From contig JAWXAW010000076.1 of the NCBI GenBank assembly GCA_034439675.1, forward strand, positions 2,073 through 66,072: a stretch of 64,000 nt of DNA, read 5' to 3'. The notes beneath the pieces were generated by a model, which was not told the DNA's origin, made no database searches, and worked only from the letters and a program-made list of their open reading frames with translations. Made by a program: the position numbers and the translations under genes. Source of the stretch: Saprospiraceae bacterium (GTDB taxonomy: Bacteria > Bacteroidota > Bacteroidia > Chitinophagales > Saprospiraceae). Shown here one piece after another: positions 9,808-19,062 of the stretch; the stretch's first letter is position 1; every line of letters begins with the position of its first letter.

Positions 9808-10689
9808 TTATTCAAACGATGTAACCGTGGCTTCTTTATCTATTTTTTTGACAAATCCTCCCAGAACTTTACTTCCGAATTCAACATATTCCATTATACC
9901 ATTTTCCCGCATGGTTTCTATCGTATTGGTCCATTGAACGGAGGATGTTAGTTGATGCAGTAATTTATGCCTTATTGTATCCGGATTGAGTGTAGGATCT
10001 GCATCCACATTTTGGTACACAGGACATACAGGGGCATGGAAGACGGTTCTGTCAATCGCTTCTGCAAACATATCTCTGGCAGGCGTCATCAGCGGGGAAT
10101 GAAACGCTCCCCCTACAGGGAGCAGAATGGCTCGTTTGGCACCGGCTTTTTTGCAGGATTCAATAGCCATTTCAACAGAAGGTGTTTCCCCCGAAATCAC
10201 AACTTGTCCGGGACAATTATAATTTGCCGCAACAACAATCCCAGGGGTATCAAGACAAATTTGGTGAACAACTTTGTCATCCAGGCCAAGGATAGCTGCC
10301 ATCGTGCTATTTGTGATTTCACAGGCTGCCTGCATAGCTGATGCCCGGGCGGCAACCAATTTTAATCCGGCTTCAAAATCAAGGGCTTTGGCTGCAACGA
10401 GGGCAGTAAGCTCGCCCAGCGAATGTCCTGCAACTGCATCAGGCACTCCCGCTTCCTTTGATTGGTAGGTTGCATAGCTATATAAAAAGACTGCAGGCTG
10501 AGTTATTTCAGTCCGCTTCAGTTCTTGCTCTGCACCATGAAACATCAGCTCCTTAAGGCCATATCCGAGGATTTCGTCTGCCTGATCGAAGAGGTACCTA
10601 ATGGAAGGAACCTGGTCATATAATGCAGATCCCATACCCGTCAGTTGAGATCCTTGTCCCGGAAAAATAAATGCTCGTTTGTTTGCCAT
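9808..10689 (-). CDS. fabD: Malonyl-CoA:ACP transacylase
   Basis: 293 aa with FIFPGQGSQ and the GHSLGE active-site motif. Confidence 0.93.
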   Translation of the reverse strand: MANKRAFIFPGQGSQLTGMGSALYDQVPSIRYLFDQADEILGYGLKELMFHGAEQELKRTEITQPAVFLYSYATYQSKEAGVPDAVAGHSLGELTALVAAKALDFEAGLKLVAARASAMQAACEITNSTMAAILGLDDKVVHQICLDTPGIVVAANYNCPGQVVISGETPSVEMAIESCKKAGAKRAILLPVGGAFHSPLMTPARDMFAEAIDRTVFHAPVCPVYQNVDADPTLNPDTIRHKLLHQLTSSVQWTNTIETMRENGIMEYVEFGSKVLGGFVKKIDKEATVTSFE

Positions 10690-11288
10690 TAACTTAAGTC
10701 TGATGATATCAATTGTAAAAACTCATTTCGGGTTTCTACTTTATTAAACTGTCCTGTAAAGGCAGAGGTCGTAGTCCTGGAGTTTTGTTTTTGTACGCCC
10801 CGCATCATCATACACATATGACGAGCCTCGATCACCACTGCACATCCAAGTGGCTTGAGGGTTTCATCAATACAATGCAGCACTTCATGCGTAAGCCGCT
10901 CCTGGACCTGCAACCTACGTGCAAAAATATCAACCACTCTTGGAATTTTACTCAACCCAACAATATGTCCGTTTGGAATATAGGCTATGTGGGCCTTCCC
11001 AAAAAACGGAAGCATATGGTGCTCGCACAAGGAATACAATTCAATGTCCTTCACAATGACCATCTCGCTGTATTCTTCTGCAAACATAGCTGACAACAGC
11101 ACCTTGGAGGGATTGAGGTCATAGCCATGGGTCAGAAATTGTAGCGCCTTGGCGGCACGCTCAGGTGTTTTGAGCAGGCCATCCCGTTGCGGATCTTCCC
11201 CGATCAAACGGATGAGTTCAGCATAATTGGTTTGCATGGCCAAGGTTGACTCCTGGGCATACTGTTCGTTTTTACTGTATTTTGGCAT
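10689..11288 (-). CDS. folE: GTP cyclohydrolase I
   Basis: 199 aa with the CEHHMLPF zinc/active-site motif and a PERAAKAL region. Its stop overlaps the fabD start by 1 nt (TAATG). Confidence 0.93.
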   Translation of the reverse strand: MPKYSKNEQYAQESTLAMQTNYAELIRLIGEDPQRDGLLKTPERAAKALQFLTHGYDLNPSKVLLSAMFAEEYSEMVIVKDIELYSLCEHHMLPFFGKAHIAYIPNGHIVGLSKIPRVVDIFARRLQVQERLTHEVLHCIDETLKPLGCAVVIEARHMCMMMRGVQKQNSRTTTSAFTGQFNKVETRNEFLQLISSDLS

Positions 11289-11548
11289 TTAAAGCGAATA
11301 AAGTGAGGTAAGATAAATGTTTGCGTTTCAATTTTGAGTAAAAACCTGGTCTAATTTTAACCAAAGAATATGTCTTTACCGCATCCATTTTCTTAACAAA
11401 GTGATTCTCCAAAGGTTGAAAGTCATTGCATTCCTCCTCGTAAACTATACATCCTATTTTAAGGGGCAAAACACTATATTTCATCTATTCCTGCTGGCCC
11501 TCATCTATAAATCTGCCGGGGAATCAAATGCCTGTTTAAATTTGCGTT

Positions 11549-12604
11549 GTGACCCAAGTTCGGAACCGTAACCGCCTATTCCGCTTTCTGCAGTTTGTGC
11601 AGCGACCCTGGGTTATCCATGGGGTTTTCTGGGCTATGGTTTTTATCTTGATGTTGATGGCTGGAAATGATAATGGTACTTCGGTGCTCGAAATAGCCAG
11701 AATAGTGATCAACATTGCCTTCTATATGTTGGTGGTTTATATCAACCTGGGATACCTGATCCCACGGTTTCTAAATCAGAAAAACTTCATGACCTATGTA
11801 TTGCTGCTCCTGGCCATGGTCGCAGTATTTACACCGATCAAGGTGATGCTTCTCTATATTACGTATGAAGAGGTTGATCCAAGGGAATTCCTCGTCATGA
11901 ACCAGCATACTATTTTCCTCTTGCTCTTTACCATTGCCGGAGGATCCACGATCATCAAGATTATATCTGACTGGCAGCGCCACCAACGTGACCGCAAGGA
12001 ACTGGAAACCCAGCGGATGCAATCAGAAATAAAGTTTCTCAAATCACAGATCAATCCTCATTTCCTCTTTAATACGCTCAATAGCCTTTATGCACTGACA
12101 CTGAAGAAATCAGACAAGGCACCGGAGATCGTAATCAAGCTTTCGGAAATGATGAGGTATATGCTTTATGAAAGCAATGAGCGCCGGGTCCCGCTGCAAA
12201 AGGAAGTCAATTATATTCAGAACTACCTGGCCCTGGAAGCCTTACGGCAGTCAGGACATGCAGATATACGTTTTAATGTAGAAGGGCAAATCACTGATCA
12301 GACGATTGCTCCATTGATATTTATTCCATTTCTGGAAAACAGTTTCAAACATGGTCTTAATCACCAGATCAGCGATGGCTATGTACATGTTACCATGAAA
12401 GTGTTGGACAATAAACTACTACTTCGTATACTCAACAGCAAACCGGCTCAGTTACCCCAACCTTCAGAAAAAGCAAGTGGGGGCATCGGATTGGCCAATG
12501 TGCAACGCCGGCTTAATCTGCTCTACCCTAACCAATATAAACTCGACATCGAGGATAGTGACCAAGAACATATTGTTGAACTTTCTTTAGCTTTAACAGC
12601 CTAA
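11549..12604 (+). CDS. LytS/YehU-type sensor histidine kinase
   Basis: 351 aa with N-terminal TM helices. INPHFLFNTLNSLYAL (His_kinase PF06580 type) and the ATPase G-box GGIGLANVQRRL are present. GTG start per the ORF track. Confidence 0.85.
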   Translation: MTQVRNRNRLFRFLQFVQRPWVIHGVFWAMVFILMLMAGNDNGTSVLEIARIVINIAFYMLVVYINLGYLIPRFLNQKNFMTYVLLLLAMVAVFTPIKVMLLYITYEEVDPREFLVMNQHTIFLLLFTIAGGSTIIKIISDWQRHQRDRKELETQRMQSEIKFLKSQINPHFLFNTLNSLYALTLKKSDKAPEIVIKLSEMMRYMLYESNERRVPLQKEVNYIQNYLALEALRQSGHADIRFNVEGQITDQTIAPLIFIPFLENSFKHGLNHQISDGYVHVTMKVLDNKLLLRILNSKPAQLPQPSEKASGGIGLANVQRRLNLLYPNQYKLDIEDSDQEHIVELSLALTA

Positions 12605-12624
12605 TTTTTTAAATCCGATTTACT

Positions 12625-13356
12625 ATGATGAATACATTGATCATCGACGACGAACCATTAGCACTGGATGTATTGGAAACATACATCAGCCAAATGCCTG
12701 AGCTTAACCTGGTTGCAAGATGTTCGAATGCCCTGGAAGCAAATGAAATGCTGAGGAAAAACCAGATTGACCTTATCTTCCTGGACATCCAGATGCCACA
12801 ATTGTCAGGCGTGGATTTTATTAAAGCCCTGCCCAATCCTCCGATGTTTATATTCACCACCGCCTTTAGCAATTATGCAGTTGAAGGCTATGAGTTGAAT
12901 GCCATTGATTATCTGCTCAAGCCGATTTCTATTGACCGTTTTATGAAGGCAGTCAATAAAGCAATTGAACAATTTGAATTACGGAAGCGTGAGGAGACAA
13001 CAGAGGGCAGTGGTCCTGGTGAGGGCGTTGAATTCTTTTTTGTCAAAGCAGATAAGAAACTCGTCAAGATCAAGTATGATGAAATCCTGTACATCGAGGG
13101 TCTAAAAGATTATGTGATCATAAGACTTGAAGTAGGCCGCGTTGTAACACTTCAAACGATGAAGAGTCTTGAAGATAAATTACCGTTAACTAAATTTAAA
13201 CGCATCCACAGATCGTACATCGTATCGATTGATAAGATCCACGCAGTGGATGGTACCTCCGTAGATGTCTTTGAAAAGGGCCAGATCAAACAACTCCCAA
13301 TCGGTAAAAACTATAGGGATGAGATACTGGAGATCGTGAATAAGAACAAGCTCTAG
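12625..13356 (+). CDS. LytTR-family response regulator
   Basis: 243 aa. Receiver domain (IIDDEP, LIFLDIQMP) plus a LytTR DNA-binding region (ILYIEGLKDYVIIRL...RIHRSYIVSI). Confidence 0.9.
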   Translation: MMNTLIIDDEPLALDVLETYISQMPELNLVARCSNALEANEMLRKNQIDLIFLDIQMPQLSGVDFIKALPNPPMFIFTTAFSNYAVEGYELNAIDYLLKPISIDRFMKAVNKAIEQFELRKREETTEGSGPGEGVEFFFVKADKKLVKIKYDEILYIEGLKDYVIIRLEVGRVVTLQTMKSLEDKLPLTKFKRIHRSYIVSIDKIHAVDGTSVDVFEKGQIKQLPIGKNYRDEILEIVNKNKL

Positions 13357-13359
13357 ACG

Positions 13360-13476
13360 GAACCCGTTTAAATTTGCCAAGACAATCATAGCAATAAATG
13401 GATGAAAAGGATGTCGAACTCCCTGGGCCCGACGGTGATCTGGTAATTGCTCGATGAAATAACTTAAACTTTGCAT
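13360..13476 (-). pseudogene. Truncated N-terminal fragment (~39 aa) of an ISAs1-family (H-repeat associated) transposase
   Basis: MQSLSYFIEQLPDHRRAQGVRHPFHPFIAMIVLANLNG resembles the DDE_Tnp_1_assoc N-terminal domain (compare the IPDYRQ..KV.H.L.DILL...CA..SGA pattern). The similarity stops where the ORF runs antisense into the response-regulator gene. Confidence 0.5.
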
Positions 13477-13622
13477 AGCTCTGATTTGCAGGCCAATATA
13501 TTAAATTAATTTCTAATATATAGAAATCAGTTATATTTTATTAAAAGCACTGAATAGCCCTGCCCTAAATGGGGGTAATTGGGATAAGGCGAGAAGAAAA
13601 GGAAAATCAATTCGAAATAGGT

Positions 13623-13668
13623 GCCCCCATTTAGGGGGTAAAGGGGGTAAAGAGCTTTCAATCATCTC
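13623..13668 (+). repeat. Diverged solo copy of the repeat unit that forms the 20.9-kb array
   Basis: gcccccatttagggggtaaagggggtaaagagctttcaatcatc aligns with gcccccatttagggggttgggggcaaaacggggcttttcaatc of the array. An inverted partial copy gccctaaatggggg lies at 13562-13575. Confidence 0.55.
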
Positions 13669-13733
13669 CCCCTTTTCAGGTCGAGAGGTTCAAAGTAAAA
13701 TCCAAATGAAACGAAGAATAAAATTAATGCTGC

Positions 13734-16214
13734 TTATCTGATCACAGAAAGCAACTGTGTCATCACCCCATGGGTATGATTCACCTGCATGTAATAGAGT
13801 CCTGCAGGCAATGCACCGATATCTATCTGATGGTGCTTCTGATGGATATCATCATAGTTTCTGATGATTCTGCCTTGCGGATCAACCAGCGATACAGACT
13901 CGATTGCTGTTTTGCCATTGAGGTGAATATTCACAAAGTCTTGAGCAGGATTAGGATAGACAATAAGTTTGTAATTATCCTTCGATGAATTTCCGCGATC
14001 ATATGTGAGGATAACTTCATCGCCCTCAACATCGTATAGTGTTCCATCCGCTCCCATAGCAGTAGCTGCATGGAGCGAAATTGGAATTTGGATTATTCCA
14101 TCATCCTCTTTGAAACCTTCAAAATCATCAGTAATGATAAATGTTATCGTCCCGATTACCCCAAATCCGCTCGCTCCATTTCCTTCGGCTTTTGCATAAC
14201 CAGCGTCAATACGTCCTGTCCAAGGAACTTTACCTAAGGAAATAGCAGGAGAACCTTCTGCCAACCATGAATTCTGATGAAAAGTTACCGTTACAGAAGA
14301 AGAATCCATCATTGCAGGAGGAATATTCACAGAAAACTTCGCTCCCTTCATGTCCAGAACAGGCACATTCGCATTTCCAAAAGCAACATCAAGAATAACT
14401 ACATCACCAGAATCAAGAGAAAACTGAACAGGTATTAGTGAAAACTGGTATGGGAGTTTTTGTTGAACATCCTTTACCACTACGTCATGAGCACGATAAT
14501 AATGTTCATTTATGATATCTACATCAGCAGCAGTTATTGTACCATCCCCATTAGCATCAAGATATTGCGTTCCAAGGTTGTTTCCGGAATAATTCCAGTT
14601 ATCAGCATGCTGTCCAAACCAGATTTCAGGATTATTATAAGAACGAACAGGACCGGTTTCGCCCAACCTGTATCCCATTGTCAGCAGGTCGCTCATATCT
14701 ACACGACCATCAAGATCGGCATCTCCTGGCCATACACAATCACGAATGCAGGCACAGGATTCTACTTCTGGCGCTTCGATGACATTCATATCTACCTTGA
14801 CCAGGTAACAAAGATTAGAAGGCTGAATGCAGTAATAATATTCAAAGTGATCTGCACCGATATAACCTGCTTCAGGCTCGTACACCAACATGTTAAAAGC
14901 TTCTATTGCCTCGCAAGGCAACTCAATGGTATTGAGTCCTGCATAATTTACCAATTCCCCATGCTGAGGTTCCTGGGTAATTATATAAGAGAAGTCAGTA
15001 TAAGCAATTGGATAATCGATTGTCAGCGGAAGATTCTTGGTCGTCTGAAATTGGTACGTGAAAACATTTTCAGGCTCCAGATCAGTCACATGGATAAATA
15101 CGGTTGCGGTCTCACAATAGACTGTGTCTTCAAAGCATGATGTATACGTGAATTTGTCAACCCCTCTATAACCGGGAAAAGGGCTATAGGTGAAAGAACC
15201 ATTACCAGACTCTAACAAAGTTCCCTTGCTTGGATTGGTATAAGAAGTCAGGTCATAATCAAGCAAGTCATTATTCAATACATTGAAACTGACACTCAAG
15301 GCAGGTCTGACATAAAACTTATCATCCCGGGCCTGAATATTGATTGCTTTTTCGTAAACGGTTATATAATACGCCCTCGTAACTTGTCCAGCAAGTCCAA
15401 CCCTAAAGGTGTCATTACCGGTAAATCCTTCGTTTGGTGTATATACCCATGTAGCAGGACCAATAGCATCAAGCTCACCATTGGTCGGAGTAACTTCAAC
15501 TGTAAATCCTTCAAAAGGAGTTAATACCTCAAGTTGTTCCTGATTCAGAAGATATTTCTGGAAGGTAAGCTGATCTTGAAGATTGGGGTCACGAACCAAA
15601 ACATGAGCAGTTCCCTGCGAACAATTACCTGCGGAATCGCAGGCTATATATTGAATCCAGGTATCACCGGTAAAATCAACATCTGGGGTAAAAAGAATTG
15701 AATCTCCTGTGGCATTGATAGAGGCAGAACCTGAGTTAATAACAGAAACTGAGGCTAGAAAGAAAGATCCGGCTGTAGCGGAGTCATTCTGAAGTACAGC
15801 CAAAGGAACATTAATACCGCCCAAATCAATTACATATTGATCTCCATTGGTGACCACAATCTCATTGCTGACAGTGAATCGATACCACTTTGTGACTGGA
15901 TGGATTGGGGAGGATAGCGTGAAATAGGTAACAATATAGTCCGTGGTCCCTACCGCACCTGGAACAGGCGTAAACATCACCTTGAGTGTATTACTAGCAC
16001 CAATTGAAATCCCGGCATTACCTAGTTGTGAACTCTCTGGCTGAACTTCACCATAAGCGTAATCCGTGTCTGCAGCAAACTGATCTGAATAACTTGATCC
16101 AGTGCTTTTGAGATTGACAAGAATGGGATCGGCTAGTTGTGAAAAGGCTAAAGGCATTGCCAGGAGTGAAAAAATCACTACCAAAATGGTCTGTATATGT
16201 GACAGAATCTTCAT
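13734..16214 (-). CDS. T9SS type-A cargo with cadherin/Ig-like repeats, a dockerin-like pair of Ca-binding loops, and a cohesin-like module
   Basis: 826 aa with a signal peptide. Repeated ...VLQNDS / VLNNDL... Ig-like modules. DADLDGRVDMSDLL and DANGDGTITAADVDII (dockerin-type duplicated loops). C-terminal YPNPAQDFVNIHL...LPAGLYYMQV...LLSVIR matches a Por secretion tail. Confidence 0.8.
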   Translation of the reverse strand: MKILSHIQTILVVIFSLLAMPLAFSQLADPILVNLKSTGSSYSDQFAADTDYAYGEVQPESSQLGNAGISIGASNTLKVMFTPVPGAVGTTDYIVTYFTLSSPIHPVTKWYRFTVSNEIVVTNGDQYVIDLGGINVPLAVLQNDSATAGSFFLASVSVINSGSASINATGDSILFTPDVDFTGDTWIQYIACDSAGNCSQGTAHVLVRDPNLQDQLTFQKYLLNQEQLEVLTPFEGFTVEVTPTNGELDAIGPATWVYTPNEGFTGNDTFRVGLAGQVTRAYYITVYEKAINIQARDDKFYVRPALSVSFNVLNNDLLDYDLTSYTNPSKGTLLESGNGSFTYSPFPGYRGVDKFTYTSCFEDTVYCETATVFIHVTDLEPENVFTYQFQTTKNLPLTIDYPIAYTDFSYIITQEPQHGELVNYAGLNTIELPCEAIEAFNMLVYEPEAGYIGADHFEYYYCIQPSNLCYLVKVDMNVIEAPEVESCACIRDCVWPGDADLDGRVDMSDLLTMGYRLGETGPVRSYNNPEIWFGQHADNWNYSGNNLGTQYLDANGDGTITAADVDIINEHYYRAHDVVVKDVQQKLPYQFSLIPVQFSLDSGDVVILDVAFGNANVPVLDMKGAKFSVNIPPAMMDSSSVTVTFHQNSWLAEGSPAISLGKVPWTGRIDAGYAKAEGNGASGFGVIGTITFIITDDFEGFKEDDGIIQIPISLHAATAMGADGTLYDVEGDEVILTYDRGNSSKDNYKLIVYPNPAQDFVNIHLNGKTAIESVSLVDPQGRIIRNYDDIHQKHHQIDIGALPAGLYYMQVNHTHGVMTQLLSVIR

Positions 16215-16474
16215 TTTTGGTTCCCGTAGGTTGGACTATCAGTTATAAAAGCGTGTGCAAGATAGTAACTTCAAACCGTTGAAGATCACTTTTATAGTAA
16301 AAATATTGCTTATTCTTTTCGCATACGCATAATCAACTGATTTACAACATAATAATGTTGTGTAAAAATTATGAAACCTTGTAAATAACTACTTAAATAT
16401 AGTTAATTACCATATCTTCTGATCACTATATCAGTTATTTACAAAATCCAAAAAAATGTATAATATTTGTCATT

Positions 16475-17896
16475 ATGCGTGAGAGCAAACTTTACAAAGC
16501 TATCATCCGGCTTAGTGGTCATGAACTAAACAGGCTTCATCGTTTTATCCTAAGTCCCTTTTTTAATCGCAATGATTCCATCGTTCACCTTTTTGAATGG
16601 ATAAAAAATGATCTCAAGGAAGAAATGACAGAGCCTTTTGCTAAAGAAGTACTTTGGAGTGTCTGTTTTGGCAAAAAGGAACAATTTGATGACGGTCGAT
16701 TTCGAAAACTCCAAAGTGATCTTCTCCGCTTGGTTGAAGAGTTTTACGCTCAGGAAGTATTTGAAGCAAATTCGATTCATAAGGCTAAGTACTTGCTAGA
16801 AGCTATCTATGACCGAAATTTGACTGAACTCCAAGCGAGTGCTTTGAAAACAGCGAAACGCTTTGCAGAAGAGCAAATTCTAAAACCAGCCTCCCATTAT
16901 TATTACAAATACGAAATTGAGCAACGTACTTTTTTATTGAACAGGTTTCAAACAGAGCGAAGCATTAAGTCTAACATTGAAGATATAGCTAGAAATCTTG
17001 ATAGATTCTACCTAGCTGAAAAATTAAGATACTATTGCACTATTCTCGATCATCAAAATTTGATTGAAATAGATTATAAAATGCTATTTATTGATGAAAT
17101 AATTGAGCATGTTAAATCGAATGATTATAGTGACACTCCGCCTATTAAAATATATTATCAAATTCTGCTTTGCTATAAGGAGCCTAACAATCGCCAACAC
17201 TTTGACAGTATAAAGGAGTTGATAAAAAAACATATTCACATCTTTCCAGAAATTGAAGTTGCAGAAATTCTTGATTCCGCTTTAAACTATTGCATAAAAC
17301 AAACAAATCAAGGACATTCAGAATTTGTCGTGGAGGCTTTTAATTTATATCAAGAATGGCTACCACGTGGATTACTCCTCGTTCAGGGTAAGTTAACACC
17401 CTTTCATTTTAAAAACATCGTATTTGCAGGGCTTCGTTTAAATGAATTCGATTGGGTTGAAAAATTTATTCATGATTACAGTGTCCATCTTGATGAAAAG
17501 CATAAATTTAATGCAATAACCTTCAACTTGGCTCAACTCTATTTTTATAAGAAAGAGTATAACAAGGTAATTCAGCAATTAAGTCAAGTAGAGTATGATG
17601 ATATTACATACAACTTGAATTCTAAGACTTTGCTGATGGCCAGTTACTATGAGCTTGATGAAATTGAGGCTTTAGGATCTTTATTGGACGCTTTTCGTAT
17701 TTACTTAAACAGAAATAAAGATATACCTTCAACTAGGCGAAAACACTATCTGAATACTATCAGCCTGATACGTAAACTTGCCAAAACCATACAAGGTGAT
17801 ATTCCTAAAGTTGAAAAACTAATTCAAGAGGTGGAGACCACCCAGGGCGTTGTCAGCAAAAACTGGATTCTTGAAAAACTGGCAGCATTGAAATAA
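16475..17896 (+). CDS. Hypothetical all-helical (TPR-like) protein with no recognisable catalytic motif
   Basis: It is a 473-aa uninterrupted ORF in a visibly AT-rich stretch. The sequence is Leu/Lys/Glu/Tyr-rich with helical-repeat character. No family is recognised from memory. Confidence 0.6.
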   Translation: MRESKLYKAIIRLSGHELNRLHRFILSPFFNRNDSIVHLFEWIKNDLKEEMTEPFAKEVLWSVCFGKKEQFDDGRFRKLQSDLLRLVEEFYAQEVFEANSIHKAKYLLEAIYDRNLTELQASALKTAKRFAEEQILKPASHYYYKYEIEQRTFLLNRFQTERSIKSNIEDIARNLDRFYLAEKLRYYCTILDHQNLIEIDYKMLFIDEIIEHVKSNDYSDTPPIKIYYQILLCYKEPNNRQHFDSIKELIKKHIHIFPEIEVAEILDSALNYCIKQTNQGHSEFVVEAFNLYQEWLPRGLLLVQGKLTPFHFKNIVFAGLRLNEFDWVEKFIHDYSVHLDEKHKFNAITFNLAQLYFYKKEYNKVIQQLSQVEYDDITYNLNSKTLLMASYYELDEIEALGSLLDAFRIYLNRNKDIPSTRRKHYLNTISLIRKLAKTIQGDIPKVEKLIQEVETTQGVVSKNWILEKLAALK

Positions 17897-18457
17897 TCAG
17901 AGAGTGTGAAGGATTATGTGAACATATTTTAATGGATCTATAAGATGGCCACTGGCTCAAACTTCACTGACACTTTTTGATCTGGTTACTGAAAAAAAAT
18001 GTTAAAGTTATTTTTTAAACAAATTATTCTAATTATTTACCTTAATATTACTCATTCATCTTTATTTACTGCTCGTTTCGTACACTTGGCTTACACCCAA
18101 ACTCAAGGGCTATTGAATAGACTAGTCGTTAAACTTTTATCATATGAAGCACTAATTTGTAGCACACCGAAGTAGGCGTTTTTACTGCTTACTATCCCTC
18201 CTTTATTTTTACTTTTTCTCGTTCTATAGATCAATTGTGACCGGCAAAATGATTGACAAACTTCAATCAATGGTTGGAGTACGCATGGGTTATTTGCAGA
18301 TTTTTAGGTTTTAGAGATCTTGGTCTTTACTTACCTAAAATGCTCCAACAGGTACATTTTGATTTCTATATCATAAACAGTTCAAGATAGGTTGCAATTG
18401 GTTATCAAACCAATCCGGCTGACCTATGCCATTTCTAAAACTTTAAATTTTTTAATC

Positions 18458-18811
18458 ATGAGAATGCATTTCAATCTGCTCTACAGCAGAGCCACACAAC
18501 TCGTCGTGGCAGTTCTATTGGTAGTGTCTTTAACAAGTTCACATCCGAAAGCACACATTTGGAATTACGCAAATGAAGCGGCTGTTCAATGTGTTTTGGA
18601 TGTAGATGGCACACAACTGGCTCAGGAAGCAAAAGATTTGCTTGCTGAAACCTTTCAAATCTCTGCTGCCCAGGTCACTGCCGTTTATTGTTGCCAACTA
18701 ATTGATGGTCGCTATAAATACAATTGTACGATACCTGTCAACAACAGCGGATATGTATATTTTACCATTTCCGGGGGGCAGATTATTGAAGATGACCTTG
18801 AAGGCTTTTGA
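18458..18811 (+). CDS. Small secreted Cys-containing hypothetical protein
   Basis: The start is taken at the internal ATG (MRMHFNLLYSRATQLVVAVLLVVSLTSS, signal-like). The mature part has 4 Cys, and a terminator hairpin follows. Confidence 0.45.
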   Translation: MRMHFNLLYSRATQLVVAVLLVVSLTSSHPKAHIWNYANEAAVQCVLDVDGTQLAQEAKDLLAETFQISAAQVTAVYCCQLIDGRYKYNCTIPVNNSGYVYFTISGGQIIEDDLEGF

Positions 18812-18870
18812 GTCCCCAACTCATGGGATTTGAATAGAAAAACCTATCTCAACAACCATGTGTAATTTGG

Positions 18871-18920
18871 ATTTCCTTCTCTGTGGATTGTATTCAAAGA
18901 GGAGGAAATTTTATTTTTAT
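18871..18920 (+). terminator. Rho-independent-type terminator after the small secreted-protein ORF
   Basis: atttccttctct (18871-18882) pairs with agaggaggaaat (18898-18909) with 1 mismatch, followed by ttttattttt. Confidence 0.5.
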
Positions 18921-19033
18921 GATCGAGTGATGCCATTAAGTTCTATTTTAGGCGATCCAAAATATCTAAGCAGAAAGATTTGTAATAAAACAACAACAAA
19001 CCTGGTATCGATGTCAACCTTTCACTTTTAATC

Positions 19034-19041
19034 TACCTTTG
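19034..19041 (+). promoter_or_regulatory. Bacteroidota -7 type promoter motif (TAnnTTTG) upstream of the TPR lipoprotein gene
   Basis: TACCTTTG lies 22 nt upstream of the ATG at 19063. No clean -33 TTTG was seen. Confidence 0.3.
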
Positions 19042-19062
19042 CGACCAAGAAATATACCCTAT

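Noticed and set aside
11272-11484. 70-aa minus-strand ORF upstream of and overlapping the folE start
   Set aside because: It has no recognisable features, lies in AT-rich promoter-like sequence, and overlaps folE. It is probably spurious.
11537-11544. TAAATTTG (TAnnTTTG) promoter motif 5 nt upstream of the histidine kinase GTG start
   Set aside because: A -7 box at this position would put the transcription start at or inside the annotated start codon. Either the motif is coincidental or the start codon is wrong, and I cannot tell which from sequence alone.
13186-13476. 96-aa minus-strand ORF as an intact gene
   Set aside because: Only the first ~39 aa look like a transposase N-terminus. The remainder is antisense to the well-supported LytTR regulator gene. 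It was kept only as a pseudogene fragment (13360-13476).
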